Assembly (NCBI GenBank): GCA_964449065.1 | Contig: CAYVAZ010000006.1 | Span: 1-38,880 of the forward strand | Length of the DNA stretch: 38,880 nucleotides | Source of the DNA: an uncultured bacterium | GTDB lineage: Bacteria; Hinthialibacterota; Hinthialibacteria; Hinthialibacterales; Hinthialibacteraceae | Direction: 5' to 3' | Part shown: piece by piece, positions 1 through 9,011 of the stretch | Layout: every line of letters begins with the position of its first letter | How positions within the stretch are numbered: the stretch's first letter is position 1 | Made by a program: the position numbers and the translations under genes | The notes under the pieces: model-generated | Told to the model about the DNA's origin: nothing | Seen by the model: the letters and a program-made list of their open reading frames with translations, nothing else | The model's database searches: none

Positions 1-1
1 A

Positions 2-505
2 AACCATTTACACAATTCGATTCGGGACATTGGAAATAACAAAAATTTTAACATTTTAGTGGTGGTGTTGGATGCGGATGAGTTTTCCTTGCAAGAACGT
101 ATCGATGAAGTGCAAAAAGCCGCCGCCCATTCTGAAGTGCCTTTAGAATCTGTATCACTCGAAATTGTGGTACAAAACCGCTGCCTCGAAACCTGGCTTC
201 TGGGTAACCGAAAACTGTTTACCCACCAACCTCACGATACGGAACTGTACCGCTATATCCAGCATTATGATGTAGAACAAAACGATCCCGAACACATGCC
301 GTTGTTGAATGGATTTACCAGCCATGGAAAGTTTCACTATGATTATGTAAAGCGAATCTTCCAGGAACGCAACATCCGTTACACAAAAAAGTATCCGGGG
401 CAAGCGGCTGAGCAATCGTATTTTGATTAACTGCAAAAACGGGTGAATGAAACGCGGCATCTCCAATCGTTTTCCCGCTTCCTTCAATTATGTGAAAGAT
501 TTTAA
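2..505 (+). pseudogene. 5'-truncated hypothetical protein (DUF4276/RloB-like, usually partnered with an AAA ATPase) with an internal TAA at 428-430
   Basis: The frame is open from base 2 (NHLHNSIRDIGNNKNFNILVVVLDADE...QNRCLETWLLGN). After TAA 428-430 the same frame continues LQKRVNETRHLQSFSRFLQLCERF to TAA 503-505, which resembles the usual C-terminus of this family. Confidence 0.5.
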
Positions 506-758
506 TGCCGCAATATATCCCCCCTTCAACTATCTTGATTCCCAGCACCAAATATAATATTAATTCTACTACAAACCGAAAAATGAACTGTCCGTTTTCG
601 GTATGAACGGTGGTGTGCCGGACAAAGCCGTTCGATTGGATTCTGGTACCCCCCCTCTTTGAAATAATGCGTAACCATCGTTTTATGAGTGTTGAGTCCA
701 TCCTACCATGCTGATGGATTGCCAAAAATATGTTTTGATTCAATCGAGCGGTACTTCC

Positions 759-783
759 GGCTTGGCGTGAGCCTCGCCTTCCC
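759..783. repeat. REP-like palindromic unit
   Basis: GGCTTGGCGTGAGCCTCGCCTTCCC, a short imperfect hairpin in the gap between convergent genes. Confidence 0.4.
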
Positions 784-818
784 AGGGTTCGCGTCGCGAG
801 TGGTGTGCTAGGTCGGCT

Positions 819-1427
819 TTATACGCCCCAACAAAGCAGTAAATCATGCCTGGGAAATTCTTGGGGAGATAGATTGTTGGCGGCAGAGATTCGGCGGATG
901 GCTTCCGCAATGGCTCTCGCGTCGTCTAATGCGTCGTGTGCTTTCCCCGCATGGGTTGTTCCGGTAATGGAAGGTAAATCGGAAGAAATAACTTCTTTGG
1001 TATTGGTGTAATGAGATAAGAAAGGATTTGCGTTCAGAAACCGGGTTTTCTCAACCGGCAACGTGGTTTGATGCAGTTGGCAGTTTTCTTCCAAAACCAA
1101 ATAATCCTCATGATTGCTTATCAATGGGGTTTCGTTTCCGGCAAATTGCAGAAACCGCTCTAAAGCGGCCGGAAATAGAAAGCCCTCTGTTTCAATTGCC
1201 GCTTGGGTAATCCCCGTAAGATTGATGAAGTATTCACTCAGTTGGGGATTGATTTGCGGTTGAAGCAAAAGAGATAAACAATCCGTTTCTGGAAATCCAT
1301 GTGTCAAATCCAACTTGACCGCGCCGATTTGTACCAGTTCGCGGTGTTCCCACGGTTCGGACCAATCCCGTTGAAACGAACCATCCCACGCGGTGTATTC
1401 CGTATCATATATAATGATTGAATCCAT
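819..1427 (-). CDS. DEDDh 3'-5' exonuclease (ERI-1/KapD-like)
   Basis: Motifs IYDTEYT, ELVQIGAVK, YFINLTGITQ and AHDALDDA. Start set at ATG 1427, directly after the lptD stop. Confidence 0.85.
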   Translation of the reverse strand: MDSIIIYDTEYTAWDGSFQRDWSEPWEHRELVQIGAVKLDLTHGFPETDCLSLLLQPQINPQLSEYFINLTGITQAAIETEGFLFPAALERFLQFAGNETPLISNHEDYLVLEENCQLHQTTLPVEKTRFLNANPFLSHYTNTKEVISSDLPSITGTTHAGKAHDALDDARAIAEAIRRISAANNLSPQEFPRHDLLLCWGV

Positions 1428-1429
1428 GA

Positions 1430-3787
1430 TCAAAAATAGCGCGAGGCGGCCGACTGGAACAGATTGGCATCGCCTTTTCTCTCTTGATTGAGTCCCCACC
1501 ATCCGAGACGAAACCGGACCGAAAAATCATCTCCCAACGTTGGATGGGCGGTGTGCTCGAAGCCGATGACCGCAAAAAAGTCGTACATATCACGCAGCAG
1601 GCCGACATCGTTCTGGCGAACGATACTGTCATCCACATCCAAGCGGCCGCGGTAAAACGCTTCCCACTTGTTGGAAAGCCGGTAGTTTATGCCGTACACT
1701 ACATCCTGCTGTTCCTCGGCATCAATCGAAGGAAACCGAAAGGTGTTGTAACCGACATCAAACGAGACCCGTTCATGAGGGTCAAAGCGGGCGTAATAGA
1801 GTGATGACCGCACATTTCCATCATCCATATCAAAGCGCAGAGAGTTCCCCAAGGTAACCCATTCAGCCGGATAGATTTCAAACTCTTCCACCAAATCCGA
1901 AAAGCGGTGATCGGAATTGTTCGCGGTGTCATCAAAAAATTCAAAGCTGTCAAACCGAATATCATCATCCGGCGCGTAATCGAATGAAAACCCGGCTGAG
2001 AGCCGCATAAAATCGCCGATGGCGCCCGCCGCGCTCTTGCCTTGAATGCGAGACCGCAGCATCAACCCGACATGATGCGTCTGAAAGCGAAAGTCATCCA
2101 CCGGATCAATATAGGGAAAGCGTACTCCCGGGCCGGAGGTGAGCCGCTCCAACGCGGTGTCCGGATCAAAGAAACCATAACTGATTTCCGGTTCGATAAC
2201 CGCGCGCATTTTTTCATAGCGGTCCAGAAATGAATCGATGTTCATCGTTCGCCGGGTGGATACATCCAATCCGGCTTGGAGAATATTGCGAAACTCCGAA
2301 TCGAAATTGAACTCAGTAAAATCACGAATGCCGGTAGACGGATCATCCACCGAACGGGATGGATCGCTATAATACGTCCCCCGGTATCCCAGCCAGGGTG
2401 TTACCGTGAATTGTTCCGGCAAGTAGAAGGGATGTTCCAACAGCACATTGGCGTCAAAGCGGTCCACTTCATCGCGAAAGGAAATTTGGTCAAACAACGT
2501 GTTGCGGTCTATGGGAAATGTGACCCCTTCCTCCCGGCGAAAGCGGCCGTAATCCAATTGCAAACTGCCAAACAGCCCTGTTTCCATTATCCGCGTGGGG
2601 AATTGTTCGAAATGGATTTGCGGTTCGCGTTCGATAAAAGGCAGGCCGGTAAAGAAAAAATTGTCAAACCGGTGCGCCCCGGTAATGCGGATACTTTGCT
2701 CATTGAAGTATTTTGTCACGGATACGTGCGATACAGACTCCCGTTCCAACTCACGCTCGTTCAAATCATCCGATTGAATCACATCGCGGTAGTCGTCAAA
2801 GTATTCCGAGTCGGACGCGAAATGCCCTTTGGCGGAAAGGTGCGTTTTGTAAGGCAGGTTTTGATTGTATTCGCCGGCGAGCAAAAAGCGGTCTTCGCCG
2901 TCGTGGATGTTGTCGTTATCCGGCGCTTGCTGTTCGATGTGATAGCCGTAAACATACCCCTTCGGCCCGTATTCATGATCGACATCAAAGGTATATTTCG
3001 CGCCTTTGCCGAAACCAGCGTCGGTAAAGTAATCGCCGTATACATCCACCATGTGCTGTTTGGTCAGTTCAATGTTCACCCGGTTTTGGATGGAGGCGCC
3101 TAAATCCGAATCAAAGCCGAATTCGATATAATAGGTCACGCGGTTTTCGCCCAGAGAGCGTTGGTAGTATGGAAAAAACATCAGCGGCCAGCTCTGCACC
3201 ACTGTGGTCATGTTGAACATACGCATTTCATCGCCGGGGATAATGACGATGCGCTCGTAGTCGAAGTGATAATGCGGTACAGGCAAATCGTTGGGAGTAA
3301 ACCAGCCGTCGTACAGCCTGTATTCGCGAAAGTAGTCTTCTTCGCTGTCTTCGTCCACTTCGCTGGCGGGGATCAATTTGTATTCCATGCGACCGCCGGT
3401 AAAGTACACGCCCTCCGCCAACTCCGCTTCCTTGGGATTGGTGAGTAAGCCTTCATTCTTTTCAATATCATACCGCGCATAATCCCCCCGCAGAATGTAG
3501 CCTTCATCCCATAGACGTACATCCCCTGTGGCCTCCAATATCCGATCGGCTTCGTTATAAACAACGGTATCCGCCGTTACAGACCTTTCGCCCCACAGCA
3601 CGGACGCGCGGTTTTCTTCCGTGGCTTGCAGGCTAAGGATTTGCGTGTCTACCTGGTATTCATACTGCCCGCTTAAAATCTCCACAGACAGCAGTTCCCC
3701 ATCATCCGACGCGGTCTGTGCAGACACGAGTATAGGGGTGATCCACAAACAAAAAATTAATAAGCGTAGTGAAAATTTCATTCCCAT
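1430..3787 (-). CDS. lptD: LPS-assembly outer-membrane beta-barrel protein LptD
   Basis: 785 aa with a signal peptide, an N-terminal OstA-like region (TADTVVYNEADRILEATGDV), PLMFFPYY, SDSEYFDDY and amphipathic beta strands. Confidence 0.8.
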   Translation of the reverse strand: MGMKFSLRLLIFCLWITPILVSAQTASDDGELLSVEILSGQYEYQVDTQILSLQATEENRASVLWGERSVTADTVVYNEADRILEATGDVRLWDEGYILRGDYARYDIEKNEGLLTNPKEAELAEGVYFTGGRMEYKLIPASEVDEDSEEDYFREYRLYDGWFTPNDLPVPHYHFDYERIVIIPGDEMRMFNMTTVVQSWPLMFFPYYQRSLGENRVTYYIEFGFDSDLGASIQNRVNIELTKQHMVDVYGDYFTDAGFGKGAKYTFDVDHEYGPKGYVYGYHIEQQAPDNDNIHDGEDRFLLAGEYNQNLPYKTHLSAKGHFASDSEYFDDYRDVIQSDDLNERELERESVSHVSVTKYFNEQSIRITGAHRFDNFFFTGLPFIEREPQIHFEQFPTRIMETGLFGSLQLDYGRFRREEGVTFPIDRNTLFDQISFRDEVDRFDANVLLEHPFYLPEQFTVTPWLGYRGTYYSDPSRSVDDPSTGIRDFTEFNFDSEFRNILQAGLDVSTRRTMNIDSFLDRYEKMRAVIEPEISYGFFDPDTALERLTSGPGVRFPYIDPVDDFRFQTHHVGLMLRSRIQGKSAAGAIGDFMRLSAGFSFDYAPDDDIRFDSFEFFDDTANNSDHRFSDLVEEFEIYPAEWVTLGNSLRFDMDDGNVRSSLYYARFDPHERVSFDVGYNTFRFPSIDAEEQQDVVYGINYRLSNKWEAFYRGRLDVDDSIVRQNDVGLLRDMYDFFAVIGFEHTAHPTLGDDFSVRFRLGWWGLNQERKGDANLFQSAASRYF

Positions 3788-4017
3788 CTCATACCATTTA
3801 TTGCCTATTTTGCAACGTATGTTCTAGTACGTTGCCCTAGGTTATGTTAGAGAACTCCTTCAGAGTAGGGCTGCCAGGTGTTTGCAATACGTTCGCTTGG
3901 ATGAAAGTTGGACTGATTGACTTCCCGGCTGGTAACCGGTACGACCCAAACGCAAACGTATTATTTTCTCATTCCGGTTCGTTCATCACATGCCACAAAA
4001 CAACGGCATGTGTAGTA

Positions 4018-4479
4018 TCAACGTTTAAGGGGATTGGTCAATCGCTCCACAATCCATTTGGGGATGCGTTTGGGTTTGACCGTCCCTTTTTTTCTCTCAC
4101 AACATACCATATTTGTCATACAGTTGGCAATCACCAGCGGTTCTTGGATGTCTTTACCGCGCGCGGGGCACAGCACCCGGTATTCAAACATCATCGAGGC
4201 GGATTTTATATCGGTGATGACGGTTTCTACTTGCAAAACGTCATCCAAAAAGGCGGGAGAAAGGTAATCGGTTTCGGCGCGGCGGCAGGCGAATAAAATG
4301 CCTTCATCGGCCAATTCTTTTAACGACAACCCAAACTCTTCCACATAAAGCGCGCGCATCTGTTCTATCATTCGCAAATACTGCGCATAATACATAACAC
4401 CGCCGGCATCGGTATCGGCGTAATACACCCGGTAGGGAAAGGTCTTCACCGGAAAGATGATTTCATCACGTTCGTTCAT
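4018..4479 (-). CDS. Acyl-CoA thioesterase, YbgC/FadM hot-dog family
   Basis: YRVYYADTDAGGVMYYAQYLRMIEQMR, DYLSPAFLDDVL and PKRIP. Start is probably ATG 4479 or GTG 4449 rather than 4617. Confidence 0.88.
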   Translation of the reverse strand: MNERDEIIFPVKTFPYRVYYADTDAGGVMYYAQYLRMIEQMRALYVEEFGLSLKELADEGILFACRRAETDYLSPAFLDDVLQVETVITDIKSASMMFEYRVLCPARGKDIQEPLVIANCMTNMVCCERKKGTVKPKRIPKWIVERLTNPLKR

Positions 4480-6475
4480 GGGAATTCCACTCAACTTCGC
4501 CACGGTAATCTTCGCGGGGATACTGGCGCGCTTGTGTTTGTTTCCGTTTTGGGGATTTAAGCAGGATATCGATTTTTTTGTATCCTGGGCGGCCTTTACG
4601 CTGGAACACCCCATCACCGAAATCTATGACGACCCCACGGTGTTTGATCACGGGCTTATTAACTATCCCCCGCTTTATCTATACATTTTGGCGATGCTGG
4701 CAAAGGTATACACCTTCTGTTTTGATAACGGTTTGGAGACAAAAGCCTTTCTCTGCTTTCTCAAAAGTGTCACCGTGTTGTTCGAGGTATTCACGACATA
4801 CCTGCTTTATAAATATGTGCGGGTGAACCATAGCGGGGAGCAAGCGCGGTTTGCCTCGGCGGCGTATTTTTTGAATCCGGCGGTGTTGTATGTCGGTTCG
4901 TATTATGGGCAGGTGGACGCGATCTTTACATCGCTGTTGTTCGCGTCGGTGGTGCTGGTGTTGATGGGCAGAGCCTTTTGGAGCGGGTGTTTTATCGCGG
5001 CGGCATTGATGGCAAAAATCCAAACCGTGCCGTTTGTGCCGGTGGTGTTTTTTATTGCGCTTTGCCGTTCAACAATAAAAGGAAATCAGAGTTTATTGCC
5101 TGCTTTGCCCCCCCCCGCCTCCCTTACTGAGGGGGGGAGCAACGACTTCGCTTTATTGCGTCAAATCACAAAAGGCGGAAAGTGGACCGCATTGGCCTGG
5201 CAGATTGGCGGCTTTACCGTTGCGGGTGTGATCATCCTGCTGCCGTTCATCCTTGTTGGCAAAGCGGGGTTGGTTTATGAGCGCTGCATATCAGAAAACC
5301 TGGCGTGGAGTTACGCCCTATCTGTCAGCGCCTTCAATCCATGGTTTCTGCATCCTGACCCCAACACGTGGGATTACCGCATTTGGGGCTGGCTGTACGG
5401 CAGCGACGGCATGGTCACCGCGCATCCGCTTATCCTGATGCTGACATACAAAAATCTTGGTTTGGCGCTTTTGGGATGTTCTTTTTTGTATGCGCTCTAT
5501 CTCATTTGGAGGCGGTGCGATAAAGAGATGATACTTCTCGCGTTCGCGTGGGTTTCGCTGGCGTTTTTTATGTTCCCCACCAAAGTGCATGAGCGCTATT
5601 TGTATCCCTTCTTTTGCTTTTATGTGATTTTGTATGCGGTGCAACCGCGGCGGAAGTGGCTGTATTGGGGATTCACCCTTACCTATCTGATGAACCTGAT
5701 GGTGATCTGCCCGTTGATTGGGGACATTAAACAGCCTGAGGATTTTGATTCTACATTGGGGGTATGGATTGCCGGGATCAACGTCATTCTGTTGGCGGTG
5801 TTTGTGCGGCAAGAATTGATTCAATCCGTTTGGGGCAATTGCTGCAAGCATTGGCGGGTGGCGCTGGTTCCCGCGGCCGCGGTTATTGCCGTTTTTTTCA
5901 TCTTGCAGCGTTTTGAAAAGCCGCCTGCGGAACCGGACGTGCTGTATCTAAGTTCAATCCCCCCGGCCTTGCCGCCCACGCAGGATTGGCCTCCGATACC
6001 GCCTGAGTATGGTGGAGAGCTGCCGCATCCGTATTTCCTATTGGGGAAAAACCACAGCACCGGTGTTCCCCGCCCGAATGAGTTGCGTATTTACAACACA
6101 CTGTTCCGCTATGGCTTGGGGACACATGCTGAATCGGAGATTGTCTATGACGTGCCCGGTGCGTATACCCATTTTGAAAGTTACATTGGCATCGATTATG
6201 AGACCATGCCGATGTATAAGGAACACCCCAACCGCGCGACCGCCGTGTTTGAAGTGTGGGTCAACGGGGAAAAGCAATACGAAAGCGGGCTCAAAATCCC
6301 GGCGACACCGCCGGAGTTGGTACGCATCCGCCTGCCGCTGAAGCGGGCGGTGAATCGGATAACGCTCCGGGTGAAAAACGGCGATGGGTATGTGTTTTCC
6401 GATCACGCGGATTGGGCGCTGGCGCGGGTAATCGAGTCGTTTAAGCCGGCAGGGGACCGTCAGTCGAACTCATGA
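4457..6475 (+). CDS. GT-C fold membrane glycosyltransferase (GT87/PIG-M/ALG6-like) fused to a C-terminal NPCBM/NEW2 carbohydrate-binding domain
   Basis: Many TM helices with F-x-x-D, NYPPLY, LNPA, YGQVD and KVHERY. The C-terminus has GLGTHAESEIVY...FESYIGID...VFEVWVNG...SDHADWA. Start is 4457 or 4478. Confidence 0.8.
   Translation: MISSRSFMGIPLNFATVIFAGILARLCLFPFWGFKQDIDFFVSWAAFTLEHPITEIYDDPTVFDHGLINYPPLYLYILAMLAKVYTFCFDNGLETKAFLCFLKSVTVLFEVFTTYLLYKYVRVNHSGEQARFASAAYFLNPAVLYVGSYYGQVDAIFTSLLFASVVLVLMGRAFWSGCFIAAALMAKIQTVPFVPVVFFIALCRSTIKGNQSLLPALPPPASLTEGGSNDFALLRQITKGGKWTALAWQIGGFTVAGVIILLPFILVGKAGLVYERCISENLAWSYALSVSAFNPWFLHPDPNTWDYRIWGWLYGSDGMVTAHPLILMLTYKNLGLALLGCSFLYALYLIWRRCDKEMILLAFAWVSLAFFMFPTKVHERYLYPFFCFYVILYAVQPRRKWLYWGFTLTYLMNLMVICPLIGDIKQPEDFDSTLGVWIAGINVILLAVFVRQELIQSVWGNCCKHWRVALVPAAAVIAVFFILQRFEKPPAEPDVLYLSSIPPALPPTQDWPPIPPEYGGELPHPYFLLGKNHSTGVPRPNELRIYNTLFRYGLGTHAESEIVYDVPGAYTHFESYIGIDYETMPMYKEHPNRATAVFEVWVNGEKQYESGLKIPATPPELVRIRLPLKRAVNRITLRVKNGDGYVFSDHADWALARVIESFKPAGDRQSNS
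5073..5158. repeat. Palindromic element inserted in-frame inside the GT-C gene
   Basis: Imperfect terminal IR CAATAAAAGGAAATC / GACTTCGCTTTATTG around a C-rich/G-rich hairpin CCCCCCCCCGCCTCCCTTACTGAGGGGGGGAG. Confidence 0.5.
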
Positions 6476-6757
6476 TTAGCAAACTTTGTCATATTCACCA
6501 AGAGCCAATAAGAATATCATCTTTATCCGCTTCTTGAGACGGTCGAACCGGCAGACAATTCGGTTTTCAACGTCTATGGTACATGACCAGTATTCTTTCA
6601 ATTCACCTTTTAGTTTGTGAGTGTTTAATGAAGGGTCAAAAGGAGATTTTATCAATTGCAAAAGTGTGGTTTCGATTTTAGGTTTCAGAAATGGTTTTTG
6701 ACGGATGATCTTTTTGACTTGCTTTACAACCTTTTTTTACCAAATCAATCTTTGCAT
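6476..6757 (-). pseudogene. RelE/YafQ-family type II toxin with an internal TAA at codon 7
   Basis: MQRLIW*KKVVKQVKKIIRQKPFLKPKIETTLLQLIKSPFDPSLNTHKLKGELKEYWSCTIDVENRIV. The stop is at 6737-6739. A possible antitoxin tail (DFMKDVE*) overlaps the start as TGATG. Confidence 0.75.
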
Positions 6758-7039
6758 CACTCAACGTCTTTCATAAAATCCATCTACAATAAACCCTCCG
6801 AAGAAATTAGCCTCTATGTCAATAAACTGCTAACACTCGCCAACCCCCCCCAGCCTGGATATCCTCTCCAACGAGTAAATCTCCAACACACCCGGTTATT
6901 CAACTCTGAAACGCTGTGACGTATTCCATAAAACCCGAAGAACCATTAAGCCTATCCGGCTTTGTTCGTCTACATTCATTTACGTATACGTCATGTCAGC
7001 AACGGGGATAAAACCACCTACTTCTTAAGGAAAAAAAGT

Positions 7040-7132
7040 GTATATTATATCAACAATAAGATGTAATATACTTCATGCTTTTACCCCCCCCCAATATTTT
7101 ATTTGACACAATCAAACATAAATGTTACATTT
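7040..7132 (+). promoter_or_regulatory. Sigma70-type promoter with operator-like inverted repeats
   Basis: TTGACA at 7103-7108, a 17-nt spacer and an extended -10 TGtTACATT at 7123-7131. The palindrome AAATGT-T-ACATTT (7120-7132) covers the -10. A second IR, GTATATTATATC-N8-GATGTAATATAC, lies at 7040-7071. Confidence 0.65.
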
Positions 7133-7180
7133 CTACTATAACATGCGTTGTACATCAATCATGGATGGGGAAAATATGCC

Positions 7181-7828
7181 ATGAAACAGGTGCTTATTGT
7201 TGACGACAACGAAAGCCATATCCGTTCGGTTCGCGCGGTGTTGCGGGGAAAGATAAAGGTAATGGCTTCGGAAACCAGCAAAACCGCGATGGAAAAAGCC
7301 GCCGCCAACTCCATCGATCTCTTTTTGATTGATTTCCGCCTGCCGGATATCAATGGCGATGAGGTCTTGCAACGGCTGAGGGAAATCCACCCCCGCGCGC
7401 CCGCTTTGTTCATCACCGGTTTTCCCGAAGACTTGCTGCAAAGCCCGCATTACCACGGTGAGGTCTATTTAACCAAACCCGTTTTCCCGGAAGATTTGGA
7501 ACGGTTTATAATGTCTCTTTTGGGCCTGCCCACAACCGAACAAAAGCAACCACCGGCGGAAGCATGGAAACCAAATGCCGGTAAAGGGATAACAAAGGAG
7601 AAAGCCAAGCCACAAGCAAAAGAAAGAATCAACAGAAGGAAGCGTTTAATTGAGATTGTTAGATTGATAAATAAAGAACCGGATAAGTGGACAGAGCAAC
7701 GGCTGAGCGGTAAATTCGGTGTTTCCAGACAGCAAATCGGCCGGGATATAGCTGAGTTAAAACAGATGGGATATGATCTCGTATTCACCGGAATCGGCTG
7801 GAAATTGCTCAAATCGGAGCCGAAATAA
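7181..7828 (+). CDS. Orphan response regulator: receiver domain, linker and C-terminal HTH_11-type winged helix
   Basis: VLIVDDN, LIDFRLPDING, FITG and LTKP receiver motifs. The C-terminus is RLIEIVRLI...LSGKFGVSRQQIGRDIAELKQMGY. Confidence 0.82.
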   Translation: MKQVLIVDDNESHIRSVRAVLRGKIKVMASETSKTAMEKAAANSIDLFLIDFRLPDINGDEVLQRLREIHPRAPALFITGFPEDLLQSPHYHGEVYLTKPVFPEDLERFIMSLLGLPTTEQKQPPAEAWKPNAGKGITKEKAKPQAKERINRRKRLIEIVRLINKEPDKWTEQRLSGKFGVSRQQIGRDIAELKQMGYDLVFTGIGWKLLKSEPK

Positions 7829-7834
7829 AAAAAT

Positions 7835-7856
7835 CCGCACCCCCGCGGGGGTGCGG
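7835..7856. terminator. Perfect 22-bp GC-rich palindrome, terminator-like
   Basis: CCGCACCCCCGCGGGGGTGCGG just after the stop codon, with an A-run on its 5' side and TTTTT about 8 nt downstream. Confidence 0.55.
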
Positions 7857-7871
7857 CCTGCTATTTTTCGC

Positions 7872-7933
7872 TTGACAGCATGTTTTTACCAACCAAAAAT
7901 GGTTCCAATATTTGCAAAGGATATTGGAACCAT
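7872..7933 (+). promoter_or_regulatory. Putative promoter and a 13-bp perfect inverted repeat covering the RBS region and start codon
   Basis: TTGACA at 7872-7877 with a weak -10 (AAAAAT, 7895-7900). ATGGTTCCAATAT (7899-7911)-N9-ATATTGGAACCAT (7921-7933). Confidence 0.55.
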
Positions 7934-9002
7934 GAAGAATTTCAAAAAACGTCCGTTTGATTTCAAAGTCTGTTTCATCATTCCGCTAATGATGGTGATG
8001 ATATTTTCAACTTGTAGCGGAAAGTATGATGAGCAGCCAACGATTGAAATCCGTGCGGCTGCCATTCAAAACGGGAGTATTGTAAGCGAATGGAAGTGGG
8101 GAACACTTCATACTGAGTGTATAGACCGCCGAATCGTTACCGTGGTAAACCGTCTTAACCGCCCGGTGGAGTTAACCTCTTTCCGCACCGCATGCGGCTG
8201 CTCAGTCATTAATGCAACGCCAACGCTTCTCAAACCAAACAATGCTTTTACATTTGAGTTTCTTTATGACCCCCGCGGCAGAAGCGAAGGCAAAAACACC
8301 GCATCAGGAACAATTGACATTCAAGATGAAGAATTAAGGGAAATCAATGTTGTATTTGATGTCATTGTCAATCGTCTTGCCGTTGCTCAGCCTCCCCGTG
8401 CAAAATTTAACCTGCCGCTACACAGCAAAGCATCGGAAACCATCACCATTGTGAACGATAATCAGAAAGATTTAAAAATCGGCAAAATTGCTTGCGATGT
8501 TGAGGGCGTTTCTTTTGATCTAAAAGAAGGTATGACGATTCATGATACTTTAACATTTGAGGTTAGTGCGGTTTCGGGCGTAAAGAGTGAAGACCGTTAT
8601 GGAATGCTTCAATTGTTTGCCAACAGCAATGATGAATGCCCGTTTCTTTCTATGCCGATTGATGTCAATGTATATGATGATTTTGACGTCAGACCGAAGA
8701 AGCTTAATATCGTTGTTAACGATTCCATGCAAGAGATAACCCGTGAATTGCAAATGGTGCATTTTGACCATCAAGAGGTGGTTCCGGCTTACTTGCCGGA
8801 TGGAATCAACATTACCAGAATAGAACCTTCACAAAGACCATTAGTGCAAAATCCCTATAAGTCAGGGTTGTTGCAGATATTTGATATCAAATTCAATTTG
8901 GATTTGTTGAAAGATCAAAGTGAAGTTGTACTGCATTTTTCTGATGGGAAAAAAGAAGCAGCCGTTCCTGTCAATATAAAAAGGCTGAATCTTTCATTTT
9001 AG
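7932..9002 (+). CDS. DUF1573-containing exported protein with tandem Ig-like domains
   Basis: N-terminal hydrophobic segment ending IFSTC. VNRLNRPVELTSFRTACGCSV...LKPNNAFTFEFLYDP is the DUF1573 signature. AAGGA precedes ATG 7932. Confidence 0.75.
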   Translation: MKNFKKRPFDFKVCFIIPLMMVMIFSTCSGKYDEQPTIEIRAAAIQNGSIVSEWKWGTLHTECIDRRIVTVVNRLNRPVELTSFRTACGCSVINATPTLLKPNNAFTFEFLYDPRGRSEGKNTASGTIDIQDEELREINVVFDVIVNRLAVAQPPRAKFNLPLHSKASETITIVNDNQKDLKIGKIACDVEGVSFDLKEGMTIHDTLTFEVSAVSGVKSEDRYGMLQLFANSNDECPFLSMPIDVNVYDDFDVRPKKLNIVVNDSMQEITRELQMVHFDHQEVVPAYLPDGINITRIEPSQRPLVQNPYKSGLLQIFDIKFNLDLLKDQSEVVLHFSDGKKEAAVPVNIKRLNLSF

Positions 9003-9011
9003 GTTAAAAGC

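Noticed and set aside
315-743. 142-aa minus-strand ORF
   Set aside because: TTG start, no motif, and overlaps the plus-strand gene.
2276-3103. 275-aa plus-strand ORF and other short ORFs inside lptD
   Set aside because: Antisense shadows of a well-supported gene.
428-6739. Two in-frame TAA codons suggesting stop-codon reassignment
   Set aside because: Many intact genes here end in TAA (for example the REC-HTH, gatB and PIG-L genes), so simple nonsense mutations or sequencing errors are more likely.
7773-7931. N-terminal extension of the DUF1573 ORF
   Set aside because: It runs through the upstream gene end, the palindrome and the promoter. An RBS supports ATG 7932.
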